Position numbers and translations under genes: made by a program
Source: an uncultured Lachnospiraceae bacterium
Lineage (GTDB): Bacteria > Bacillota > Clostridia > Lachnospirales > Lachnospiraceae
Assembly (NCBI GenBank): GCA_905234525.1
Contig: CAJOIL010000004.1
Coordinates: 1 to 56,047, forward strand
Direction of reading: 5' to 3'
Length of the DNA stretch: 56,047 nucleotides
Shown here: positions 9,640 through 19,596 of the stretch, piece by piece
Numbering within the stretch: the stretch's first letter is position 1
Layout: each line of letters opens with the position of its first letter
Notes under the pieces: model-generated
The model's input: the letters and a program-made list of their open reading frames with translations, nothing else
What the model was told of the DNA's origin: nothing
Databases searched by the model: none

Positions 9640-10983
9640 CTATGTCTCCAAATTATTTATTATTTCTATGGCTCTTTTTTTGAGATACTCTTCATTATTC
9701 TTAGATGGCTCATCTATTACTTCATCAAATAATTCTTTAAGAATCTTACCTATATCAGGGCTTTCCTTTAATCCTAAGTCTATTATATCTCTTCCCGTAA
9801 TCTCAAGATCCGCCATTCTGATGCAATCACTCTCAGCCACTATCTCGTTATACATTGCTTCAAAAGCATCAATATACTTAAGCTTTTCTTCTCTTTTGTA
9901 CATCGATTGCGCTAACGTATCAGCTCTGTTAACAGCAAAAAGATCGGGAAATGCATCATCACCTATTTCAACGATTTTGCGACGAACTGTTTTCTTCTTA
10001 AGAACCGGTCTCTCGTCATGATATCTGACAAGTGTGACAACTCTTTTTCTTGTATTATTATCAAGCTTAAGGCGTCTTAATACCTTATTGGTAATATCAG
10101 CACTAAGTATCTGATGATTATAAAAATGATTGCTGCCATCCTCGTCTACACTCTTCGTGCCGGGCTTTCCGGTATCATGAAGAAGCATTGTAAGTCGAAG
10201 TATTCTATTAGCCTCTATATTCTTAAGTGCAACAACCGTATGCATTCCGACATTATACATATGATGCTTACTATTTTGCTCGCATGCCATCATATCGTCA
10301 AATTCAGGCAGAAAATGCTTAGTTAATCCCAGATTATATAATTCAACAATATGTCCGGGATTATCGGATTCTATTAGCTTCAACAATTCATCTCTAATTC
10401 TTTCGGCACTAATGTTACTGATTGTCGAGCTAAGCTCAGCTATCGCCTTACTCGTCTCACTTTCTATATCAAAGCCAAGCTGTGCCGAGAACCTTACGGC
10501 ACGAAGCATTCGAAGAGCGTCCTCCGAAAAACGCTCCTTAGCACTTCCTACCGTTCGTATTATCCCATTCTCAAGATCCTTTGCACCGCCGAATTCATCT
10601 ATAAGCCCTTCCTCATCATTATACGCCATGGCATTAATGGTAAAATCACGACGCTTCAAATCCTCAACGAGGCTGCTTGTAAATGTGACATCCTTAGGGT
10701 GCCTGCTATCCAAATACTCTCCGTCAACTCTATAGGTTGTAACCTCATATGCGCATTTACCTATAAGAACGGTTACGGTACCGTGCTGAAGACCGGTATC
10801 GACAGTTCTTTTAAATATGGATTTAACTTGCTCGGGCCTGGCATCGGTTGTAACATCCCAATCCTTGGGAATACGCCCTAAGTAAGCATCACGGACAGCG
10901 CCGCCTACCGCATAAGCTTCGTGTCCGTGTCCATGCAAAATATCTATTATACTGCGCACCTGAATAGGTAAATCAATTGTCAT
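9640..10983 (-). CDS. cca: CCA-adding tRNA nucleotidyltransferase (HD-domain containing)
   Basis: GGAVRD nucleotidyltransferase motif, RRDFTINA, and HD motif LLHDTGKP. Confidence 0.88.
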   Translation of the reverse strand: MTIDLPIQVRSIIDILHGHGHEAYAVGGAVRDAYLGRIPKDWDVTTDARPEQVKSIFKRTVDTGLQHGTVTVLIGKCAYEVTTYRVDGEYLDSRHPKDVTFTSSLVEDLKRRDFTINAMAYNDEEGLIDEFGGAKDLENGIIRTVGSAKERFSEDALRMLRAVRFSAQLGFDIESETSKAIAELSSTISNISAERIRDELLKLIESDNPGHIVELYNLGLTKHFLPEFDDMMACEQNSKHHMYNVGMHTVVALKNIEANRILRLTMLLHDTGKPGTKSVDEDGSNHFYNHQILSADITNKVLRRLKLDNNTRKRVVTLVRYHDERPVLKKKTVRRKIVEIGDDAFPDLFAVNRADTLAQSMYKREEKLKYIDAFEAMYNEIVAESDCIRMADLEITGRDIIDLGLKESPDIGKILKELFDEVIDEPSKNNEEYLKKRAIEIINNLET

Positions 10984-10995
10984 TATATATCCTTC

Positions 10996-12447
10996 TTAAT
11001 AAGCTTTACCCCAATATACAAGCTTCTTAGCCTCTTTGCCACAGCATACGCACTTATCGGCTATAGCCTCTTCGTTAAACGGAATACACCTGCTTGTAGC
11101 AGTGGTCTCTTCCTTAATCTTCTCCTCGCACGCTATATCGCCGCACCACATAGCCTTCACGAAGCCGGAGTTTGAGTTAATCTTATCTACAAATTCCCCG
11201 TAGCTTATCGCACTATCAATATGACTATCAAGATATTCCTTTGCTTTATCATACATATCCGATTGCATCTTATCCATAAGCTGTCTTATTGTCGGAACAA
11301 CCTCTGTTAGCGTGCAGTCAGTCTTATCCCTGTTATCACGGCGAACAATTACGCATTTGCCCGCTTCAATATCCTTAGGCCCTATCTCAATTCTAAGCGC
11401 CACTCCGCGCATCTCAGCCTCAGAGAACTTCCAGCCGGGACTCTTATCGGAATCATCAATAGTTGCACGAAGTCCTGCATTCTTAAGCTCGTTATATAGC
11501 TCATTGGCCTTGTCAAGTACGCCTTCCTTCTTCTGCTGAATAGGAATAACACTAACCTGCACAGGCGCAACCATCGGCGGCAGACATAATCCGGCATCAT
11601 CACTGTGCACCATAATAAGCGCACCTATAAGCCTTGTCGATACGCCCCATGAAGTCTGATAAGCATATTGCAGTTGATTATTCTTATCGGTGTATTGTAT
11701 TCCGAATGCTTTGGCAAAGCCATTACCGAAGTTATGACTTGTACCCGACTGAAGCGCCTTACCGTCCGGCATCAATGCTTCCATAGTATAAGTAGCCTCT
11801 GCTCCGGCAAATTTCTCCTTATCGGTCTTCTGCCCCTTAACCATAGGAATAGCAAGCACTTCCTTAGCAAAATCAGCATATAAATTAAGCATCATAATTG
11901 TACGCTCTTGTGCCTCTTCATAAGTGGCATGAACCGTATGTCCCTCTTGCCATAAAAATTCAGACGACCGAAGGAACGGACGTGTAGTCTTCTCCCAGCG
12001 CACCACAGAGCACCACTGATTATATAATTTAGGTAAATCTCTGTATGAATGAACTATATCCTTATATAAATCACAAAACAGCGTCTCTGAAGTGGGGCGA
12101 ACACATAAGCGCTCCGTAAGCTTCTCTTCTCCGCCATGTGTAACCCATGCAACCTCAGGCGCAAAGCCCTCAACGTGATCCTTTTCCTTCTCTAAAAGGC
12201 TCTCGGGTATGAACATCGGAAGATATACATTCTCAACGCCTGTTTTCTTAAATCTTGCATCCATCTGGCGTTGAATATTCTCCCATATTGCATATCCTGT
12301 CGGCTTTAATACCATACAGCCCTTAACAGACGAATAGCTCATTAGCTCCGCCTTCTTAACCACATCAGTATACCACTGTGTATAATCCTCTTCCCTTGAT
12401 GTTATTTCTTCAACAAATTTCTTATTATTAGACATGTATTTCTCCAA
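10996..12447 (-). CDS. proS: Proline--tRNA ligase (short archaeal/eukaryote-like type)
   Basis: Class II aaRS motifs ([20 protein letters not shown]). There is a C-terminal zinc-binding-like CxxC...CxxC region, and the protein ends in the characteristic ...YWGKAY. Confidence 0.92.
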   Translation of the reverse strand: MEKYMSNNKKFVEEITSREEDYTQWYTDVVKKAELMSYSSVKGCMVLKPTGYAIWENIQRQMDARFKKTGVENVYLPMFIPESLLEKEKDHVEGFAPEVAWVTHGGEEKLTERLCVRPTSETLFCDLYKDIVHSYRDLPKLYNQWCSVVRWEKTTRPFLRSSEFLWQEGHTVHATYEEAQERTIMMLNLYADFAKEVLAIPMVKGQKTDKEKFAGAEATYTMEALMPDGKALQSGTSHNFGNGFAKAFGIQYTDKNNQLQYAYQTSWGVSTRLIGALIMVHSDDAGLCLPPMVAPVQVSVIPIQQKKEGVLDKANELYNELKNAGLRATIDDSDKSPGWKFSEAEMRGVALRIEIGPKDIEAGKCVIVRRDNRDKTDCTLTEVVPTIRQLMDKMQSDMYDKAKEYLDSHIDSAISYGEFVDKINSNSGFVKAMWCGDIACEEKIKEETTATSRCIPFNEEAIADKCVCCGKEAKKLVYWGKAY

Positions 12448-12467
12448 TCTAATCAGACCTGTTCAGC

Positions 12468-13505
12468 CTAATTATACATTCTTCTTGCAACTTCAATTGC
12501 CACATATGAGTACTCATCAGGCATTGAATTAATGCTACCACGTGATATTATCATATCGTTAAGCGAAGTGCAATATGCGATAATCTTATCATAATCGCGA
12601 AGCCTGCTAATTATATCCGGCAATCCCTCTTGAAGCTCCAATGACGCTATTGTTATTGCCTCCATACATATATGAAGCTCACCCGTTATATCTGAAGCCT
12701 CCATCATCATATCAGGTCTTTTTGTTTTTTCTTCTAAGAAATATGCTTTGGCGCCTTCAACATCTCCCTTAGCGAATAGCTCCCTAAGCCTTGCTCTTAC
12801 CGCTTTAATCTCAATCTTTTCTCCCACAATGCCTACCTTGAGCTCCTTGGCATTAATATTGTTATGTACAACCCATAGGTACCATAAAAATTCAGAAATA
12901 AAGCCGAAAATTCTCCTGTGATAGGAATCCTCTTCTTCAATAACAATTCTTGCTTCCAATTCAAATAATATATCAAAAAGCCACTTAGCATATTTATCAA
13001 AAAGCGGCTTCTTCATAATCATAATATTACCGAAATATGTATGCTTATCGTTAACCAGCCTGTCATAATCACCAAGATAATCAGGATATATATCAGCTAT
13101 AACCTCACGAGTATTATCAATATAATATGGCTTATGATTCTTTGAAAACCCATAGTAATATGAATAATTCAATGTAAGACATTTACAGGTAATCACATCA
13201 GCCCCCCGAAGCATACTTCGGATTTCGTCGGCACTTAGCAGTGCGTCTTGCTCATTAACAAGATATCTTCTGTAATGACATGTTCCTACTATGTCGACAT
13301 CCTTAACGTTCTTATATACCCAATACATGCCGGTAAGCTCGCTGTAATAACAATTCTTGTCGGATATATTATCACCTGTGTCATCACGCAAATAACCGTA
13401 TGTATCCTCCTTATCATATGCGCCCACAAAAAGCGGCACATATAATTCAAGGCATGATTCATCAAACCTTTTGTGTGTCATAGCATAAATTCTAATATCA
13501 GCCAT
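12468..13505 (-). CDS. DUF4422-type putative glycosyltransferase (exopolysaccharide/cell-surface associated family)
   Basis: IRIYAMTHKRF...GTCHYRRY...FGFISEFLW pattern as remembered for DUF4422. The start overlaps the response-regulator stop (TAATG). Confidence 0.6.
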   Translation of the reverse strand: MADIRIYAMTHKRFDESCLELYVPLFVGAYDKEDTYGYLRDDTGDNISDKNCYYSELTGMYWVYKNVKDVDIVGTCHYRRYLVNEQDALLSADEIRSMLRGADVITCKCLTLNYSYYYGFSKNHKPYYIDNTREVIADIYPDYLGDYDRLVNDKHTYFGNIMIMKKPLFDKYAKWLFDILFELEARIVIEEEDSYHRRIFGFISEFLWYLWVVHNNINAKELKVGIVGEKIEIKAVRARLRELFAKGDVEGAKAYFLEEKTKRPDMMMEASDITGELHICMEAITIASLELQEGLPDIISRLRDYDKIIAYCTSLNDMIISRGSINSMPDEYSYVAIEVARRMYN

Positions 13506-14197
13506 TATACCTTAAACCTATAACCGACTCCCCATATCGTCTCAATATACTGTGGATTGGATGGGTCGGCTTCTATCTTCTCTCTAACCTTCTTAATATG
13601 AACGGTTACTGTCGCAATCTCTCCGCACGAATCCTGGCCCCAGATTTCTTTAAACAGCTCTTCCTTGGAGATTACCTTATTCGGATTCTGTGTCATGTAC
13701 ATAAGTACATCAAATTCTTTTGTTGAAAGCTGCACGTCCCTATCGTTTACGGTTGCGATTCTGGCCTCACCGTCTAATTTAATACCGCGAATCTCTATAA
13801 TCTTATTCTTTCTGGGAACATTAGATACCACAAGTCTTCTGTATCTGTTAAGATGCGCTTTTACTCTGGCTACAAGCTCTCCCGGCGAAAAAGGCTTTGT
13901 AATATAGTCATCTGCGCCAAGTCCGAGTCCTCTGATTTTATCAATATCTTCTTTTTTTGCCGATACAAGGATTATCGGCGTGTTCTTGATGCCTCTAATC
14001 TTTTTACATATCTCAAATCCGTCCAAATCCGGTAACATTATATCCAGAATTAACAAATCGAAGTCTTCCTTAATGGCTCTTTCCATACCGGTTTTTCCGT
14101 TATTTTCAACAGCAACCTTGAATCCGTTTACTTCAAGATAGTCTTTTTCTAATTTAGCAATAGCTTCATCATCCTCAACAATTAATAATCTTTGCAT
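13505..14197 (-). CDS. OmpR-family response regulator
   Basis: Receiver domain (LLIVEDD, DLLILDIMLPDLDG, K at ...VSAKK) plus winged-helix output (TIWGVGYRFK). Confidence 0.93.
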   Translation of the reverse strand: MQRLLIVEDDEAIAKLEKDYLEVNGFKVAVENNGKTGMERAIKEDFDLLILDIMLPDLDGFEICKKIRGIKNTPIILVSAKKEDIDKIRGLGLGADDYITKPFSPGELVARVKAHLNRYRRLVVSNVPRKNKIIEIRGIKLDGEARIATVNDRDVQLSTKEFDVLMYMTQNPNKVISKEELFKEIWGQDSCGEIATVTVHIKKVREKIEADPSNPQYIETIWGVGYRFKV

Positions 14198-14215
14198 TTT
14201 TCTCCCCGTTTTCTG

Positions 14216-15310
14216 TTACTGAGCCTTATCCTTTCTTAAGGTAAAGCTCATCTTTGTTCCTCTCGAAATTGTACTTGTGGCCAATATCTTCCCTCCATGG
14301 TCCTCAATTATCGTCTTAACAATCGAAAGTCCTATACCGTTACCGCCTGCAGCCTTATTTCTTGAACGATCTGCTCTGTACAGCCTGTCAAATATATGAG
14401 GTAAATCCTCTTCATCAATTCCTATTCCGTTATCAATAATATCTACACGTACGAAATCTCCCTCTTCATATACATCAAATATAATAATTAAATCTTCATT
14501 TGGCTTTCTGTATTTGACGGAATTGGTAATAATATTATTAATAACACGTGCGAGTTGCTCTGTATCTATTATTGCATCAACATCATCATTGATATGCTTA
14601 TTATAAATAAGCTTAGCATTTTGATGAGACAAATCCATACTTAAATCTCCGGTAAACTCCCGAAAATACGAGGCCACATTAACCTTCTGAAAATTATACG
14701 GAATCTTCTTGGCATCAAGATTACTGTAGAACGTAAGCTCATCAATAAGATTATCCATCTCTACAGACTTATTATATATGGTCTTAATATATTCTTCTTG
14801 CATCTGGGGGCTTGACGCTACACCGTCAAGAAGTCCTTCAGAATAACCCTTAATTGCCGTGATTGGCGTCTTTAGGTCATGTGCGATATTAGAAATAAGC
14901 TGCTTCTGAGTTGCTTCATTAGCCACTCTCTCGTCTGCATTTGACTTAAGCTGCAACCTCATTTCTTCAAAAGTATTGCACAATTTACTTAATTCGTCAA
15001 CACCATCGCTCTCAATATTGAATTCAAGGTCTCCATCCTTGATATGATCTGCCGCTTTTGTAAGTTTGGTAATATTGGGAACTATGCCCTTATAGATCCA
15101 CACAATTAACATTGTGGCGGTTAGAAGTAGAATAAGTGCAACCGACACAATCGTATCCGCTGACATACCTTCAAAATTCTCTTTGAATCTAATCATTGTC
15201 TCTGTTGTAAAATTAGAAACTCCAAGCAGAATGTATGTAGCAAATACAATTATTGTCGGTACAAATATTATGATAAAAAATGCTAAAACAAGTCTTGTTC
15301 TAATCTTCAT
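14216..15310 (-). CDS. Sensor histidine kinase (HisKA + HATPase_c, two TM helices, HAMP)
   Basis: H-box SNIAHDLKTPITAIKGYSE, N-box INNIITNSVKY, G-boxes DNGIGI and GNGIGLSIV. Confidence 0.9.
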   Translation of the reverse strand: MKIRTRLVLAFFIIIFVPTIIVFATYILLGVSNFTTETMIRFKENFEGMSADTIVSVALILLLTATMLIVWIYKGIVPNITKLTKAADHIKDGDLEFNIESDGVDELSKLCNTFEEMRLQLKSNADERVANEATQKQLISNIAHDLKTPITAIKGYSEGLLDGVASSPQMQEEYIKTIYNKSVEMDNLIDELTFYSNLDAKKIPYNFQKVNVASYFREFTGDLSMDLSHQNAKLIYNKHINDDVDAIIDTEQLARVINNIITNSVKYRKPNEDLIIIFDVYEEGDFVRVDIIDNGIGIDEEDLPHIFDRLYRADRSRNKAAGGNGIGLSIVKTIIEDHGGKILATSTISRGTKMSFTLRKDKAQ

Positions 15311-15324
15311 TATAACAATTTCTA

Positions 15325-16503
15325 TTAAGCGTTCTTAAGCGCATCAACCTTGTCTAATTTTTCCCAAGGAAATTCTATATCGTCTCTTCCGAAATGTCCG
15401 TAGCTGGCTGTAGCTTTATAGATGGGGCGACGAAGGTCAAGCATTTTAATGATTCCGGCCGGTCTTAAGTCGAAATTCTTTCTGACAATCTCAACCAATT
15501 CATCATCGCTCTTAACGCCTGTGCCAAAGGTGTCAACCATAATAGATGTCGGCTCAGCAACGCCAATGGCATAGCTTAATTGTATCTCGCACTTATCGGC
15601 AAGTCCTGCCGCAACAATATTCTTAGCAACATATCTTGCCGCATATGCCGCAGACCTATCAACCTTCGTACAATCCTTGCCCGAAAATGCGCCACCGCCA
15701 TGACGAGCCATTCCACCATAGGTATCAACGATAATCTTACGACCTGTAAGACCCGCATCACCATGAGGACCACCGATTACAAATCTTCCTGTAGGATTAA
15801 TGAAAAACTTTGTCTTATCATCAATCATATCCTTCGGAATTACCGGGTCAAATACGTATTTCTTAATATCCTTGTGAATCTGCTCCTGAGTAACATCCTC
15901 GCTATGCTGTGTCGAAAGAACAACTGCCTCTAATCTTACCGGAACACCGTTCTCATCATACTCAACAGATACCTGTGTCTTACCGTCAGGTCTCAGATAA
16001 TCAAGTGTGCCATCCTTCCTAACTTCTGTTAGCTTACGAGATAATTTGTGAGCAAGATCAATAGGATACGGCATATAGTTATCTGTCTCATTAGAGGCAT
16101 ATCCAAACATCATACCCTGGTCTCCCGCACCCGTATCAAGATCATCCGACATAGAGCCTTCCTTGGCCTCAAGCGCCTTATCAACACCCATCGCAATATC
16201 ACTTGATTGCTGATCAAGGGCAACCATAACGGCACATGAATTACCGTCAAGTCCTTTGGCTCCGTCATCATAACCAATCTCAAGAACCGTATCTCTTACA
16301 ATCTTCGGTACATCAAGCTGTGCCTTAGTTGTAATCTCACCTGTAACAAGAACAAATCCCGTACATGTAGCTGTCTCACATGCCACACGGCTCATAGGGT
16401 CCTTCGCATAGCAGGCATCCAATATCGCATCAGATACTGCATCACACACCTTATCAGGATGTCCTTCAGTTACTGATTCTGAAGTAAATAATAATTTTTC
16501 CAT
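15325..16503 (-). CDS. metK: S-adenosylmethionine synthase
   Basis: [35 protein letters not shown]. Confidence 0.98.
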   Translation of the reverse strand: MEKLLFTSESVTEGHPDKVCDAVSDAILDACYAKDPMSRVACETATCTGFVLVTGEITTKAQLDVPKIVRDTVLEIGYDDGAKGLDGNSCAVMVALDQQSSDIAMGVDKALEAKEGSMSDDLDTGAGDQGMMFGYASNETDNYMPYPIDLAHKLSRKLTEVRKDGTLDYLRPDGKTQVSVEYDENGVPVRLEAVVLSTQHSEDVTQEQIHKDIKKYVFDPVIPKDMIDDKTKFFINPTGRFVIGGPHGDAGLTGRKIIVDTYGGMARHGGGAFSGKDCTKVDRSAAYAARYVAKNIVAAGLADKCEIQLSYAIGVAEPTSIMVDTFGTGVKSDDELVEIVRKNFDLRPAGIIKMLDLRRPIYKATASYGHFGRDDIEFPWEKLDKVDALKNA

Positions 16504-16523
16504 TGTTTTTCCCTTCCATGTAA

Positions 16524-16672
16524 ATAAAAAATCCGCTTGCTAGCGGATCGAGTCATTATCCTTATTGTTCGATTGCTCGCTTCGGTTGGCACCTTCCTGC
16601 TACATAAATACTTCGCAGGGGTTGCCGTGGCTTCGTCGATCCATACTATCTCCACCACTCTGAATAAGGATT
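16524..16672 (-). promoter_or_regulatory. SAM-I (S-box) riboswitch with terminator expression platform, leader of metK
   Basis: The minus strand reads UCCUUAUUCAGAGUGGUGGAGAUAGUAUGGAUCGACGAAGCCACGGCAACC...GGUGCCAACCGAAGCGAGCAAUCGAACAAUAAGGA. P1 is CCUUAUU/AAUAAGG, and the GAGnGGnGGAG and GGUGC-AA cores are present. This is followed by the AUCCGCU-agca-AGCGGAU UUUUU terminator. Confidence 0.9.
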
Positions 16673-16704
16673 ATCACATATATAATTGTCATCTTACTTG
16701 CACA

Positions 16705-16733
16705 ACAATACACCCATATACATATTTTGTCAA
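16705..16733 (-). promoter_or_regulatory. Sigma-A promoter candidate for the riboswitch-metK transcript
   Basis: Minus strand: TTGACA (16733-16728), 17 nt, then TATTGT (16710-16705), about 35 nt upstream of the aptamer. Confidence 0.45.
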
Positions 16734-16772
16734 GTTTATTGTAAAATTCGCACATTTTCAATAAAAAAATGA

Positions 16773-16802
16773 TTGCTTTTTTATATGTGAAACTAGTATA
16801 AT
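16773..16802 (+). promoter_or_regulatory. Sigma-A promoter candidate for the HD-GYP gene
   Basis: TTGCTT (16773-16778), 18 nt, then TATAAT (16797-16802). Confidence 0.4.
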
Positions 16803-16851
16803 AATGTGGAGTGTTTGTGTATATAACACATTATTAAATCGGAGAAGAAAA

Positions 16852-18039
16852 ATGGTAAAACTTGATATCAAGAAACTTAAACCCGGCATGATAGTGCAAA
16901 AGCCTATTGTAACTAAGAGAGGTCAAACTATAGCCAAGGCCGGAACTAAATTAGATTCAAAACTTATAGCCAGACTTAACTTCTATAAGATTACTGAAGT
17001 TACTGTTGACAGCGAAGAGCTATTGGAGCCTGCGAAGCCGGTAGCGATAGAGACTCCTCCGCCTGCTCCACAGCCTAAGGAAGAACCCAAGGCAGAGCCT
17101 GTAGAAGAGCCAAAGCCGGAACCTCCAAAGCCGGTCAAGGAAGAATCTCCTAAGATCAGAGAGTCTATGTCATACACCAACAAGCTTCAGAACGACAAAG
17201 AATTCCAGGATTTCCAAATCGACTATTCGTCTAATATGGCTGCTTTAGAGGATACGTTCGATACTATTATTTTCGGTGACGGTAATATATCCGAAGAAGA
17301 TCTTATCCGGAAGGCTGAATCATTATTTGCCTCTAAGACAAGTATACAGCTCTTTGACTTGTTGCATTGTATGAAGTCAATTGACGACAGCGTCTATGCA
17401 CATTCAATCAATGTGGCACTTATATCCAGGGCAATCGGCAAATGGCTGAAGCTACCGAGAGAAGAATTAGATGAGCTTACAATTGCCGGTCTGCTTCATG
17501 ATATCGGTAAGGCTGAGATACCCGATGAAGTACTTAATAAGCAGGGCAAGCTCACAGACGAAGAATTCGAGCTCATCAAATCACACGCCCTTAAAGGCAG
17601 TAAGCTACTTAAGAAGGCAGGCTTTAACAGTGAAATCCAGTTCGCGGCATTACAACACCACGAGAGAGCCGACGGAAGCGGCTACCCAAGGGGACTTACC
17701 GCAGATGAGACTTCCGATTTTGCTCAAATTATCGCAATTGCCGATGTATATGATGCTATGACTTCCGCAAGAAGCTACCGCAAACCGAAATGCGCCTTCC
17801 AGGTTATTGCAGCATTCGAAGACGATGGCTTGCAGAAGTACAATACTAAGTACATCCTTACATTCCTTGCACGAATTGCCAACGCATACCAGAACAGCCT
17901 GGTAATCTTATCAGACGGCAGACGTGGCAAGATAGTATATATCAACAAGAATAAGCTCTCGCAACCAATCGTACAGGTTGATGATGAGATGATAGACTTA
18001 ACTAAGGAACATGACTTATCGATTACTTCGATCCTATAG
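16852..18039 (+). CDS. HD-GYP domain protein (putative c-di-GMP phosphodiesterase) with a Pro/Glu/Lys-rich linker
   Basis: HDIGK and HHERADGSGYPRGL motifs. The start was set at ATG 16852 (MVKLDIKKLKPG), which has GGAGAAG 5 nt upstream, rather than at 16804. Confidence 0.88.
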   Translation: MVKLDIKKLKPGMIVQKPIVTKRGQTIAKAGTKLDSKLIARLNFYKITEVTVDSEELLEPAKPVAIETPPPAPQPKEEPKAEPVEEPKPEPPKPVKEESPKIRESMSYTNKLQNDKEFQDFQIDYSSNMAALEDTFDTIIFGDGNISEEDLIRKAESLFASKTSIQLFDLLHCMKSIDDSVYAHSINVALISRAIGKWLKLPREELDELTIAGLLHDIGKAEIPDEVLNKQGKLTDEEFELIKSHALKGSKLLKKAGFNSEIQFAALQHHERADGSGYPRGLTADETSDFAQIIAIADVYDAMTSARSYRKPKCAFQVIAAFEDDGLQKYNTKYILTFLARIANAYQNSLVILSDGRRGKIVYINKNKLSQPIVQVDDEMIDLTKEHDLSITSIL

Positions 18040-18083
18040 TTGCAGAGAGTTTATCCCTCGCATCAGTATATCAATATATATGC

Positions 18084-18165
18084 AGGACTGAGAAGCCAAG
18101 ACTTTTTCGAAACATTCACGAATGCGAGTTGAGAAAAATGTACTATGTACTTGGTTCCCAGTCCT
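18084..18165. repeat. 82-nt hairpin element with AGGACTG termini between convergent genes; a member of a small repeat family (see 44204-44281)
   Basis: The arms AGGACTGAGAAGCCAAG (18084-18100) and CTTGGTTCCCAGTCCT (18150-18165) are inverted repeats. Confidence 0.6.
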
Positions 18166-18211
18166 ATTATAATTGTTTGCATATATTATCTATAAAATAT
18201 AATCTGCGAGG

Positions 18212-19504
18212 TCAGGACACACGCTCTATAAATCTATCTATCTGCTGCTCAGAATCAGTCTTCTCTATAACAGCACCAATCCCTCGAAGCTTTTCCTCAA
18301 ATCGTTCATATCCCCTCTGGATATAATGTATATCATCAATAATCGTAACGCCCTTGGCAGCCAATCCCGCTATTACAAGCGCCGCTCCCGCTCTAAGATC
18401 CGGTGCGCTGACTCTTGCGCCTTCATATCCTTCTACGCCTCGTATAATGGCAATATTGCCTTCTACCTGAATGTTAGCTCCCATTCTGGCAAGCTCATCC
18501 ACATACTTAAATCTATTCTCAAAAATTGATTCATTAACTGTACTTACACCTTCCGCAACTCCAAGCACAACCGTCATCTGTGGTTGCATATCGGTAGGAA
18601 AGCCCGGATACGGTAATGTAGTAACCTGTGTATTAACAAGCTTACCGCGACCGATTACTCGTACAGCGTCATCATATTCCACTATCTGACAGCCTGCATC
18701 TATAAGCTTAGACGACGTAGCCTCTAAGTGCTTAGGGATAACATTCTTAACAAGAACATCCCCACCTGTTATTGCCGCAGCAAACATAAATGTACCTGCT
18801 TCTATCTGATCGGGAATTACAGAATACTCTGTGCCGTGTAATTTGTTGACACCGTGAATCCTAATCACATCGGTACCGGCACCTCTGATATTAGCACCCA
18901 TACTGTTAAGGAAGTTGGCAACATCTACGACATGAGGCTCCTTAGCGGCGTTCTCAATGGTTGTCTTGCCCTCAGCAAGTGTTGCGGCCATCATAATATT
19001 AATAGTCGCTCCAACCGACACCTTATCCATATATATATGATTACCGATAAGTCTCTTAGCATTAACAGAAATCAATCCGTAGCTAAGGTCGACATCAGCA
19101 CCCATGCTCTTGAAGCCCTTAACATGCAAGTCAATAGGTCTGCTACCTATATCACATCCACCGGGCAAAGCCACCTCAGCCTTCTTATACTTGCCGAGCA
19201 ACGCACCAAGCAGATAATATGATGCTCTGATTTTCTTGATATATTCATAATCCACGCTAAGACGTCCGATAGTCGTAGCGTTAATCTTAACCGTATGCGG
19301 ATCGGGTCTCTCAATATGAACGCCTATGTCCTCCATGGCACCAATCATAACATTGACATCTCTAACATCCGGTAGATTATCTATAACTACTGTCTCATCT
19401 GTCATAATAGCTGCAGCGATGATAGCAAGTGCCGCATTCTTCGCTCCACCTATTTCAACCTCACCTGTTAGCGAATTACCGCCTTTGATTACATACTGTT
19501 CCAT
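18212..19504 (-). CDS. murA: UDP-N-acetylglucosamine 1-carboxyvinyltransferase
   Basis: IKGGNSLTGEVEIGGAKNAAL at the N-terminus, active-site LPGGCDIGSRPIDLH, 430 aa. Confidence 0.96.
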   Translation of the reverse strand: MEQYVIKGGNSLTGEVEIGGAKNAALAIIAAAIMTDETVVIDNLPDVRDVNVMIGAMEDIGVHIERPDPHTVKINATTIGRLSVDYEYIKKIRASYYLLGALLGKYKKAEVALPGGCDIGSRPIDLHVKGFKSMGADVDLSYGLISVNAKRLIGNHIYMDKVSVGATINIMMAATLAEGKTTIENAAKEPHVVDVANFLNSMGANIRGAGTDVIRIHGVNKLHGTEYSVIPDQIEAGTFMFAAAITGGDVLVKNVIPKHLEATSSKLIDAGCQIVEYDDAVRVIGRGKLVNTQVTTLPYPGFPTDMQPQMTVVLGVAEGVSTVNESIFENRFKYVDELARMGANIQVEGNIAIIRGVEGYEGARVSAPDLRAGAALVIAGLAAKGVTIIDDIHYIQRGYERFEEKLRGIGAVIEKTDSEQQIDRFIERVS

Positions 19505-19596
19505 ATAACACCTCTATTTCAATCAATAAAATTATATCACAAAAGAACAACTTGTAAATGTGCATAACAACGAAACACTTATTAAAATCTTGAAAT

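Noticed and set aside
12448-12467. Expected a T-box leader upstream of proS.
   Set aside because: Only 20 nt separate proS from the preceding gene, so there is no room for a T-box. proS appears to be co-transcribed.
16804-16851. Upstream start for the HD-GYP ORF (MWSVCVYNTLLNRRRK).
   Set aside because: It would begin inside the predicted -10 region. The ATG at 16852 has a GGAGAAG RBS at proper spacing.
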